This document shows, piece after piece, positions 56,798 through 64,000 of a stretch of 64,000 bases of DNA (its first letter is position 1; each line of letters begins with the position of its first letter). The translations under genes and the position numbers were made by a program. Source of the DNA: Candidatus Woesearchaeota archaeon (GTDB lineage: Archaea; Nanobdellota; Nanobdellia; Woesearchaeales; SKIA01). Where the stretch lies: positions 1 through 64,000 of the forward strand of contig JBJKRI010000005.1 of the NCBI GenBank assembly GCA_046704725.1, read 5' to 3'. A model generated the notes under the pieces. The model was not told where the DNA came from. It worked only from the letters and a program-made list of their open reading frames with translations, and did no database searches.

Positions 56798-57723
56798 CAG
56801 TCGCGCACCTCTTTCCTCGTGAGCTGGATGAAGACATCCTCCAAGGACGGGTCGCGGCGCTCGAGGCGGATGATCTTCTGCCTCCTGTCATGGAGGAAAT
56901 GGCTGAGCTTTTGCGGCGAGCCCGAGCCGTGGACGCGCACGGTGTAGTGCTTTCCCTCCTGGTCGACCGAGGATACGTAGGCGAGCTTCCGCAATGCCGC
57001 CAGGATGCTCGTCGAGGGGGCGGCGAGCTCGACGAGGATGATGCGGTCGCTCACGATCTTATCCTTGAGCTCCTGCGCGGTGCCGTCGGCCACGATGTGG
57101 CCGTGGTCCATGATGGTGATGCGGTCGCAGATCTTCTCGGCCTCCTCCATGTCGTGCGTGGTGTAGACGATGGTCATTCCCTGGCCGTTGAGCTGCTCGG
57201 TGAGCTCGCGCATGGCGATGCGGCTCTGCGGGTCGAGGCCCGTCGTGGGCTCGTCCATGAACAATATCTTGGGCGTGGAGAGGATGCTCGCCGCCAATGA
57301 GAGACGCTGCTTCATGCCGCCGGAGAAGACGCCCGCGATGCGGTCCTTGTGCTGCCACAAGGAGACGTCCTTGAGGAGCTTCTTGGAGCGGTCCTTGATG
57401 TATCTCGAGGACAAACCGTAGAGCCTGCCGATGTAATTGAGGTTCTCCTGCGCCGTCAATTCAGGGAAGAGAGCGAAGGACTGGGGGACGACGCCGATGA
57501 CCGCACGGATGGAGACGCCCTCTTTCAATAGGTCGAAGCCCGCGATCTTCGCCGTGCCTTCGGTGGGCTTGATGAGCGTGGTGAGCATGCTGATGGTCGT
57601 GGTCTTTCCCGCGCCGTTCGGGCCGAGGAAGCCGAAGATCTCGCCCTCCCTCACTTGGAGGCGCAGGTTGTCGACGGCGGTGAAATCGCCGAAGCGCTTG
57701 GTGAGCCCCTCCATCTCGATCAT
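56797..57723 (-). CDS. ABC transporter ATP-binding protein (DrrA-like)
   Basis: GPNGAGKTT, FSGGMKQR, MDEPTTGLDP, TTHDMEEA. Confidence 0.95.
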   Translation of the reverse strand: MIEMEGLTKRFGDFTAVDNLRLQVREGEIFGFLGPNGAGKTTTISMLTTLIKPTEGTAKIAGFDLLKEGVSIRAVIGVVPQSFALFPELTAQENLNYIGRLYGLSSRYIKDRSKKLLKDVSLWQHKDRIAGVFSGGMKQRLSLAASILSTPKILFMDEPTTGLDPQSRIAMRELTEQLNGQGMTIVYTTHDMEEAEKICDRITIMDHGHIVADGTAQELKDKIVSDRIILVELAAPSTSILAALRKLAYVSSVDQEGKHYTVRVHGSGSPQKLSHFLHDRRQKIIRLERRDPSLEDVFIQLTRKEVRD

Positions 57724-57844
57724 ATGCTTCACGTCAACGGGCAAGAAAGGCCCCATTTAAGTATTGAGTGGATGAGGACGCCGCATACCGCCCGGATTGA
57801 GGGGCGCTACTTTTATAAACAATCCATGGCTTGCCAGGCTTATC

Positions 57845-58171
57845 GTGAATACCTTCCGACCAACGCAGGCCCCTCCTGTTTCTGAAGGCCAGGAAGTGGA
57901 TGTACACATCGAAGCCATGGGCGACAAGGGCGACGGCGTCGCCAAGGTGAAAGGCTTCGTCATCTTCGTTCCCAGCGTTCAGAAAGGAGACTGGGTACGC
58001 ATCCGCATCAAGAAAGTGCTCGCGAACGTCGCTTTCGCCGACAAACTGCGCGAGGTGCAGCCGCCTCCGCAGGCGGAGCAGCAGAAGCAGCGCGCCGGCC
58101 CGAAGGACGAGTTCGCCGACATCGACCTGGAGAATCTCGGGGAAGGCACCGAGGACTTCGGCGAGGACTAG
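57845..58171 (+). CDS. Single TRAM-domain RNA-binding protein (archaeal)
   Basis: APPVSEGQEVDVHIEAMGDKGDGVAKVKGFVIFVP..KGDWVRIRI; GTG start about 30 nt after TTTATAAA. Confidence 0.9.
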   Translation: MNTFRPTQAPPVSEGQEVDVHIEAMGDKGDGVAKVKGFVIFVPSVQKGDWVRIRIKKVLANVAFADKLREVQPPPQAEQQKQRAGPKDEFADIDLENLGEGTEDFGED

Positions 58172-58572
58172 GCGAGGAACACATCTATCGCTTCGATCGC
58201 TTCTTGCGGCTCCTGATACTCGACCACCGCCACATCCGGAGAACCTTTGATCATGAAGGAGAGCCGTCGCGCGCCGGGACGGAACAAGCAGAGGACAGGG
58301 ATCGACCGCTCGATGGCCCTACCGATCTCATAGCCGACACCGAGACTCGGCACCGTGACTTCCGCGATGATCGCGTCCGCGCTGAACAACCAGCCGCAAT
58401 CGCGGTCATGCACCTCTTTGGGCGTCCGATGCGCGTCCTGATTGACCGCTTTCTCGTTGCCGATGTGCTCTGTGAGGACGTCGTGCGCATTCGCGATGTG
58501 CGCGATGATCTCCTTGTAGCGGTCGGCGTCCTCACGACCCCCGGTGATGGAACCTGCGAAATAGACGCGCAT
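58168..58572 (-). CDS. 2'-deoxynucleoside 5'-phosphate N-hydrolase (DNPH1/Rcl; nucleoside deoxyribosyltransferase family)
   Basis: VYFAGSITGGRED, VLTEHIG, DRDCGWL, AEVTVPSLGVGYEIG, LSFMIKG. Confidence 0.88.
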   Translation of the reverse strand: MRVYFAGSITGGREDADRYKEIIAHIANAHDVLTEHIGNEKAVNQDAHRTPKEVHDRDCGWLFSADAIIAEVTVPSLGVGYEIGRAIERSIPVLCLFRPGARRLSFMIKGSPDVAVVEYQEPQEAIEAIDVFLA

Positions 58573-58658
58573 ACTGCTGCGTTCCGCCGATGGCTTATAT
58601 CATTTGCGCTGAATTCTTTTCCATACCCTCCTTTCAATGGCGGAGGTAAGGGAAACGT

Positions 58659-59018
58659 ATGCATCTGGGAATGCGCACGGTCAGGCTGGGACTCACGCTC
58701 GCGTTGTGGGGTGTGTCGGCGTCGTGGCTCGTGCAGACCGCGAACCCGCCCGCAGTCGCGGTCGTCTCCGGAGTGATCGCCGGCATCCTCGGAGCGATAT
58801 TCGGAATATTGCTGCTCATCGGCTTTTTCGTGCCCATCGCGGCGCTGGGCGCTGCGCTGCTGTTCGTCGCCATGGCGGTCGCGCAAGGCGTGAACGCCAT
58901 GGGAGGAGCCTACGCGGGACTCGCGATCATCTCCGCAGGGACATTGCTCGTCCAGGAAGAGCACATCCCGAGGCGCGAGCGAAGGCTGCTCACGCACATC
59001 TTCGGCGGCAAGCACTGA
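58659..59018 (+). CDS. Small membrane protein (DoxX-like topology)
   Basis: Four hydrophobic segments; GGAGGT RBS. Confidence 0.6.
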   Translation: MHLGMRTVRLGLTLALWGVSASWLVQTANPPAVAVVSGVIAGILGAIFGILLLIGFFVPIAALGAALLFVAMAVAQGVNAMGGAYAGLAIISAGTLLVQEEHIPRRERRLLTHIFGGKH

Positions 59019-59057
59019 GCCGAACACTTTAAGAATGGAGTCGCGTTCCGCCCCTTC

Positions 59058-59148
59058 ATAGCCGAACCGGCGGTGTGCCGCCAACAACCACGTGAGGCGA
59101 TAAAAACCGTGGGGGAAGACGAGTTCTTTCCTCACACGAGGAAAATAC
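59058..59148 (+). promoter_or_regulatory. Candidate structured (pseudoknot-capable) 5' leader of rps2
   Basis: GGCGG/CCGCC hairpin, GCC/GGC stem crossing CCACG/CGTGG, TTTCCTC/GAGGAAA hairpin over the SD; TTTAAG at 59028. Confidence 0.5.
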
Positions 59149-59760
59149 ATGGCAGAAGAAGAAATCACCGAGAACACGCTCGTGCCGCAGGAGACCTACC
59201 TGAAGGCCGGCATCCACATCGGGACCAAGTTCAAGACGAAGTACATGGCGCCGTTCATCTACAAGACGCGGCCGGACGGACTGTCCGTGCTCGACATCGG
59301 CGCCATCGACGCGCGATTGCGCGTGCTCGCGAAGTTCCTCTCGCGGTACGACCCCGAGGATATCCTTGTCGTGAGCCGCCGCGAGAACGGCTGGAAGCCG
59401 ATACGCATGCTCGAGAAAGTCACGGGCATCCGCGCGCACGCCGGACGCTACCCGCCGGGCATGCTCACGAACTCGCAACTGCGCAACTACGAGGAGGCCA
59501 AGGTCATCGTCGTGACCGACGCGTGGCCCGACAGGAACGCGGTGAAGGACGCACTGCTCGTCGGCATCCCCGTCGTGGCGTTGTGCGACTCGAACAACAC
59601 CGCGAACAACGTGGACCTGTGCGTGCCGTGCAACAACAAGGGAAAGAAATCGCTGGGACTCTTGTTCTGGATACTCGCGAACGAGTACCTGCGCGAGAAG
59701 GGACAGCTCAAGGCCGGCGAGACGATCCCGTACACGGCCGACGACTTCACTGAGGACTGA
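59149..59760 (+). CDS. rps2: 30S ribosomal protein S2 (uS2), archaeal type
   Basis: YLKAGIHIGTKFKTKYM..FIYKTRPDGLSVLD, GRYPPGMLTN, GIPVVALCDSNN, PCNNKGKKSL. Confidence 0.97.
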   Translation: MAEEEITENTLVPQETYLKAGIHIGTKFKTKYMAPFIYKTRPDGLSVLDIGAIDARLRVLAKFLSRYDPEDILVVSRRENGWKPIRMLEKVTGIRAHAGRYPPGMLTNSQLRNYEEAKVIVVTDAWPDRNAVKDALLVGIPVVALCDSNNTANNVDLCVPCNNKGKKSLGLLFWILANEYLREKGQLKAGETIPYTADDFTED

Positions 59761-59771
59761 ATCCCTCGATT

Positions 59772-59799
59772 CTTTTTTTTAAATCACCATACTTTTTTA
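59772..59799 (+). terminator. Oligo-T archaeal terminator after rps2 (may overlap the next promoter)
   Basis: Two long T runs directly after the stop codon. Confidence 0.55.
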
Positions 59800-59845
59800 T
59801 ACCTGCCTTGGAGAGGCTTCTTGAAGGGGTGAGTGGGGAAGACAC

Positions 59846-60796
59846 ATGGCAGAACCGCTCGAAAATCTCGCATTCTCGCACCTGAGGCAAATGGAATATC
59901 CCGGACGCATCGTGGCGTTCGTGGGGCACCCGGAGGACCGTAATCTGGCGATCGGAGTGTATGGGGTGACGGGCCGTAGCCCGTCCAGCAAGTTCCGCGA
60001 GCTTCCCTGGGGAAAAGGGGACGTCATTGTGCGCGTGGACCACCCACCGATTGAGACCGAGGAGCAACAGGGGTGGGTCGATGGCGGAAACCCCGCACTC
60101 ATATACTACGACGCGATCGAAAAAATCGCCAATACGCTTGTCGTGACGAACGGTCGCCAGACATCGCTCATCGCCGAATCCGCCTGGTCGAACCACAATC
60201 CCACCATGGTGAAGCTCGAAGATGCGCTCATGCACGAGCACGTGCTCCACGAGGAGGGACACGCTCCGGTCGATGTGGCTTCCTATGAGCCGGACGCTCC
60301 GACCTATACCCCCCGCGTGAGCGGGATCATCGATGGGGATCGCAATTTCGCGCTCATCACCACAAGCAAGTACGATGCAGCGGTGCATGGGGAACAAAAG
60401 ATCTTCGAGCGTCCGGACAGGAACAAACTAACACTGATACGACGTTTCCGCTCGTACGCGACGGACCGGCCGTGGAATGTCCTTGTCGGCGGTCCGCTTC
60501 GCGAGCACAACGGAATGGGCATCATGACCTACGAGGGGCATAATGTCCCTCGAGGGGAGCCGATCCCGAGCTTCGTGGAGCCCTACTTCCCGGTCGATGG
60601 GACCTTCAGGTCAGCGAAGCAGGCGGCGCAGGCGCTCTGGGACGCGCTCGCTCCGCAGGAGGACCCGCGCTTCCTGCCGAAGGGGGCGGATGTCCGTGTC
60701 GGAGTAGCCGCCGTGGTCTACAACATGATTTCCGGAAGAGTGAGGGAGGCAGCGAAGATCGACCATCGCGGCATGGATGCGAAGAGTTTCATCTAG
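59846..60796 (+). CDS. IMP cyclohydrolase-like protein (PurO-like, Ntn-hydrolase fold)
   Basis: YPGRIV, YGVTGRSPSS..R, LIYYDAI, VVTNGRQT, YEPDAPTYTPRVSG. Confidence 0.8.
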   Translation: MAEPLENLAFSHLRQMEYPGRIVAFVGHPEDRNLAIGVYGVTGRSPSSKFRELPWGKGDVIVRVDHPPIETEEQQGWVDGGNPALIYYDAIEKIANTLVVTNGRQTSLIAESAWSNHNPTMVKLEDALMHEHVLHEEGHAPVDVASYEPDAPTYTPRVSGIIDGDRNFALITTSKYDAAVHGEQKIFERPDRNKLTLIRRFRSYATDRPWNVLVGGPLREHNGMGIMTYEGHNVPRGEPIPSFVEPYFPVDGTFRSAKQAAQALWDALAPQEDPRFLPKGADVRVGVAAVVYNMISGRVREAAKIDHRGMDAKSFI

Positions 60797-61443
60797 GCCG
60801 ATTCGTGGATGCCGACGTTGTCGATGAAGAAGCCGCAGCGCTTGTCCGGCGGCAGGAAACGGCTCTTGGTGACGATCGCTGCGCGCCCGTCGTCGTTCTG
60901 CAGCTCGACGAGGCACTTGGAGTAGTACTTGACGATATCGCCGCCGACGACTTTGACGCCGTCTCCTTCCAGGTCGGCATACACTTGAGAGGTCATCAGG
61001 ACGGGGATGTCGTTGTCTGCTGCCACAGCGTGCAGGGTGTTCACCTGCTTCGATAATTCGTTGTTCACGTCCTTGACGTTTCGCGCAAGAGCGGCCCGGT
61101 ATTGCGTGGCGATGCCGTCCACGATCACCAATTCGACGCCTTTCATCATGGCCGGCAATCGCTCGACGACCTGGCACTGCTGCTCGAACGACGAGACCTT
61201 GAGGACGATGATGCGGTCCAATAGCCCTTCCACGCCGGGCGCGAGCTGCGACAGCCGATCCACGGAGAAGCTGCCCTCGGTGTCGATGAAGACCGCTTTT
61301 GTCTCTACTGTCGTCAATGCGAGGAGCATGAGGTTGCTCTTTCCCGAGCCGGCGGGGCCGTAGACCGTTGTGATGATGCCTTTCTCGTAGCCGCCCTGGA
61401 GCAATTCGTCGAAGACGGGGCTTCCGGTGGGACGGCGTTCCAT
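60793..61443 (-). CDS. radB: DNA repair and recombination protein RadB
   Basis: TGSPVFDELLQGGYEKGIITTVYGPAGSGKSN, FIDTEGSFSVDRL, VGGDIVKYYSKCLVEL; no RadA N-domain. Confidence 0.92.
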   Translation of the reverse strand: MERRPTGSPVFDELLQGGYEKGIITTVYGPAGSGKSNLMLLALTTVETKAVFIDTEGSFSVDRLSQLAPGVEGLLDRIIVLKVSSFEQQCQVVERLPAMMKGVELVIVDGIATQYRAALARNVKDVNNELSKQVNTLHAVAADNDIPVLMTSQVYADLEGDGVKVVGGDIVKYYSKCLVELQNDDGRAAIVTKSRFLPPDKRCGFFIDNVGIHESA

Positions 61444-61545
61444 ACATTGCGGGTACTCCTGGCGTTTATGTGTGTTTGGCACCTTTACTTGTTTTCTATA
61501 TAGACAATGCTGTGTCCTTATAAGAAGGAGGCTCTCCACCCCCGC

Positions 61546-62973
61546 ATGCGAAAGAGCGTCGTCATCGCAACGGCAGTCGCCATCGGGCTGGTCATCCGGA
61601 TCATCCTGCTCCTGCAGGCGCCCGGGCTCAGCTACGCGGGATACGACGCGCTCATACAGGTCAAGCACATCCAGGACACCGGACTACCGCTCACGCACTC
61701 ACCAGCGTTCGGAGGCGGCAGCTACGCCCACATGCCATTGTTCTACTACCTGCTCGCCTTCTTCAGCATCCTCATCCCGTCGGGGACAGTGGCGCTCTGG
61801 CTGCCGAACATCCTCATCAGTCTCCTACCGATACCGGTCTACCTGCTCGCCAAAGAACTCACCCCGCACGACAGCGCGGTCGCCGCGGTCACGCTCGCAA
61901 GCCCGTTCGTACCCCTGCTGTACAGCGCGACCGTGATCGACGCGACACCGCTCACACTAGCGATACCATTGCTCCTGCTCACCTACTACTACTTCATCCG
62001 CCTCTCGAAAACGCCGCGCGACCAGACGCACTTCCTCATCGCGGTCATCGCGCTCACATTCACACATCCCATCGCGCTCATCCTCGTGCCAGCCATGGCG
62101 TTCACCGTCCTATTGACGCGCATCCAGCGCACGCGCTTCTCCCACGCGATGGCCGAAGCGGCGATATTCACCGCCTTCCTCACGATCTGGGCGAACGTGA
62201 TCATCTACAAGCAGGCCCTGGGGTACCACGGCCTCGCCACGCTGACCCTCCAGAACAGCGGCTTCGCGAGCGGAGTCAGCGCGGTCGCGGCGGCGCTCGG
62301 GGTCATCCCCCTGCTCGCGGGAAGCTACGCCGCATACCGCTACCTGCGAGAGGAGCGCAGCGGACCGATGCACGCGGCGGTCGCTCTCGCGCTCGTGACC
62401 GCGGCCCTCATACCCCTCCGGCTCATACCCGCGACGACAGGACTGCTCGTGCTCGGAGCGATGCTCATCGTGCTGTGCGCGCCGGCCATCGGAGAACTGT
62501 ACGAGGCGCAGGCGCGTTCGCGCGCCCCAGGGGTCTATACGGCGGTGCTGCTCCTCGGAATCGCGCTGTTCGCGGTGACCAGCGCCGTTCCGGCAGTGGC
62601 GAGCGGCATCACACCCTTCAACAGCACCGTCACGCCGCAAGACCAGGCCATCACACAACGTATCACGCACTCGGTGCCCGGAGCGACCGTGCTCTGGGAC
62701 GAGCAGCATGGGTACTATCTCGAATACAACGGCCTGCACCCGTTGCTCGTGACGGACCAGCGCGCGAGCGCGGACAGCCGGACCGTCCTGTCGCAGGTCA
62801 GCTCTCTACAGCAAGCGAAGAGCGACATCGCAATCCTGCGCGTGCTCCAGCAGTACCACGTCAACGTGCTCGTCCTATCGAGGAACAGCACGCTCCCGCT
62901 CAGCGAGCGCTGCTTCGCCCCGCTGTACAAGAACGAAATGGAGGTGTATCACGTCCAATGCGTGGTCCAGTAA
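61546..62973 (+). CDS. Multi-pass GT-C-type (PMT/STT3-like) membrane protein
   Basis: Loop after TM1 GYDALIQVKHI..TG.P, PLFYYLLA, LTFTHP; C-terminal soluble domain VLWDEQHGYYL...LQQYHVNVLV. Confidence 0.7.
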   Translation: MRKSVVIATAVAIGLVIRIILLLQAPGLSYAGYDALIQVKHIQDTGLPLTHSPAFGGGSYAHMPLFYYLLAFFSILIPSGTVALWLPNILISLLPIPVYLLAKELTPHDSAVAAVTLASPFVPLLYSATVIDATPLTLAIPLLLLTYYYFIRLSKTPRDQTHFLIAVIALTFTHPIALILVPAMAFTVLLTRIQRTRFSHAMAEAAIFTAFLTIWANVIIYKQALGYHGLATLTLQNSGFASGVSAVAAALGVIPLLAGSYAAYRYLREERSGPMHAAVALALVTAALIPLRLIPATTGLLVLGAMLIVLCAPAIGELYEAQARSRAPGVYTAVLLLGIALFAVTSAVPAVASGITPFNSTVTPQDQAITQRITHSVPGATVLWDEQHGYYLEYNGLHPLLVTDQRASADSRTVLSQVSSLQQAKSDIAILRVLQQYHVNVLVLSRNSTLPLSERCFAPLYKNEMEVYHVQCVVQ

Positions 62974-64000
62974 TCCTGCTCGGAGCGGTCGTCGCGCTCT
63001 TCGTCGCGGCAGCACGGGCGATGACACGGCCGTTCTTCGCACCAGAGAGCGTGTACGCCACGCTGCCGGTGACCATCACGCACGCCCAACTCTATGTAGG
63101 CATCCGATTGGCACTGTTCCTGCTCCTCATCGCGACCGTCTACCTCATCTACAGGAAATACGACTTCCCAGACGAAGGGCTGCTCGTCCTCATCGCATCG
63201 CCGGCATTCCTCATCGCACCCATCGGGACGGACCTGGGGCTCGGAGTAGCCCTGCTCGTGGCCGCAGGGGTGCTCGCGTGGGAGAGCAACATCCTGCTCG
63301 TCATCATCGCTGCGCTGCTGGCGCTGATGCACCCCGTCGGTTGGCTGCTCGCCCTGCTCGCGGTCCCCGCACTGTTCCTGCGCAAGGCGTGGCCGCATCT
63401 TCTCGTGCTCGTCCTCGCGCTCGCTGCAGGGGTGTACACGCACGGCGTGACAGTAGCTATCGAGCTCGGGGTCTCGGAGATCGGGGCGCTGGGAGCGCCG
63501 AGCGTCTTCATCAGCCTGCTCGCCATAATGGGCGTGCTGAGCGCTTGGCGCCCACGCACGTATCCGCGGCTGCTCATCGCCAGCGTCGCTGTCGCGGGGG
63601 GGATGCTGATACCCGGCCTGCGGTTGTCCGCGGCCATCGGCGCCGCCATCCTCGCGGGATACGCCGTCCAGGAACTCCGCGAACGGCACTGGCGCCTCGA
63701 AGGCATACGCAACATCAGTCTGCTTTTCGTGGTGCTCGGACTCGTCTTTACGGCCGCGAGCACCGGAGCCCAGGCCGTTCGCAGCGAACCGTCACCAGGG
63801 ATGCTCAGCGCGGCGCAGTTCCTGCGGCAAGCGCCGCCCGGCGCGGTCTTCGCGCTCCCGCAGCACGTGGCGACGCTGCGCTGGTACGGCATCGATGCGA
63901 CCTCAGCGAATCTCGACACCATCCTCGCATCACGCAACCTCGACGTGGTCGGACCGCTCCTGCCGAAGTACGTGCTGCTCGCGCGCAACGACCAGGCGCC
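62958..64000 (+). CDS. Multi-pass membrane protein (runs off the window's right edge), likely paralogous to the preceding gene
   Basis: Not in the ORF track. GAGGTG RBS then ATG 62958 MRGPVILLGAVVALFVAAARAM...; highly hydrophobic; overlaps the previous stop. Confidence 0.7.
   Translation, partial: MRGPVILLGAVVALFVAAARAMTRPFFAPESVYATLPVTITHAQLYVGIRLALFLLLIATVYLIYRKYDFPDEGLLVLIASPAFLIAPIGTDLGLGVALLVAAGVLAWESNILLVIIAALLALMHPVGWLLALLAVPALFLRKAWPHLLVLVLALAAGVYTHGVTVAIELGVSEIGALGAPSVFISLLAIMGVLSAWRPRTYPRLLIASVAVAGGMLIPGLRLSAAIGAAILAGYAVQELRERHWRLEGIRNISLLFVVLGLVFTAASTGAQAVRSEPSPGMLSAAQFLRQAPPGAVFALPQHVATLRWYGIDATSANLDTILASRNLDVVGPLLPKYVLLARNDQA

Noticed and set aside
58618-58655. Hairpin CCTCC/GGAGG covering the RBS of the 58659 gene
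   Set aside because: It is a single short stem that could arise by chance in GC-rich DNA; there is no other support.
1-64000. Bacterial (e.g. CPR) origin suggested by the sigma factor, murein hydrolases and DCD
   Set aside because: The core informational genes (uS2, RadA/RadB, RPA, Rpp30, TRAM, SAMP/NcsA) and the TATA-type promoters are archaeal throughout, including around those genes.
1-64000. tRNA/rRNA genes and IS elements
   Set aside because: No cloverleaf with T-loop consensus, rRNA-like tract, transposase ORF or terminal inverted repeats were seen in the short intergenic spaces. This was by eye; tRNAscan-SE was not run.

Overview
This is a GC-rich chromosomal segment of an archaeon, most likely DPANN (Woesearchaeota/Nanobdellota-like). 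Support: archaeal-type uS2, RadA, RadB, RPA, Rpp30, a SAMP/NcsA pair, TATA boxes about 25-30 nt upstream of many start codons, and many class III signal peptides. The centre (about 22.9-46.0 kb) is one co-oriented, largely translationally coupled surface-appendage locus of about 24 genes. It holds four large Cys-rich/Ig-like exported proteins, 16 proteins with archaeal type IV prepilin (class III) signal peptides, and four pilin-like proteins without the basic leader. Several mini-pilins have beta-defensin-like Cys spacing and one carries a glycine-zipper hairpin. The last gene is a pilin fused to both an M23 peptidase and a lytic transglycosylase (SLT). Two more peptidoglycan-active genes lie elsewhere (a membrane-anchored SLT and an Amidase_3-like protein). 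There is also a complete bacterial-type ECF sigma factor behind an archaeal TATA box. Together these suggest, by inference, a pilus-borne apparatus for attaching to and breaching bacterial cell walls. Other notable items are a dCTP deaminase / aGPT-Pplase1 (thymidine-hypermodification-type) pair, a tail-fibre-like mosaic adhesin, an unusual membrane kinase, and structured 5' leaders before rps2 and the radA operon. No rRNA, tRNA, CRISPR array or transposase/integrase was recognised. All calls come from motif reading by eye; no searches were run. Several starts were shifted from the ORF track based on TATA/RBS position and stop-start overlaps.
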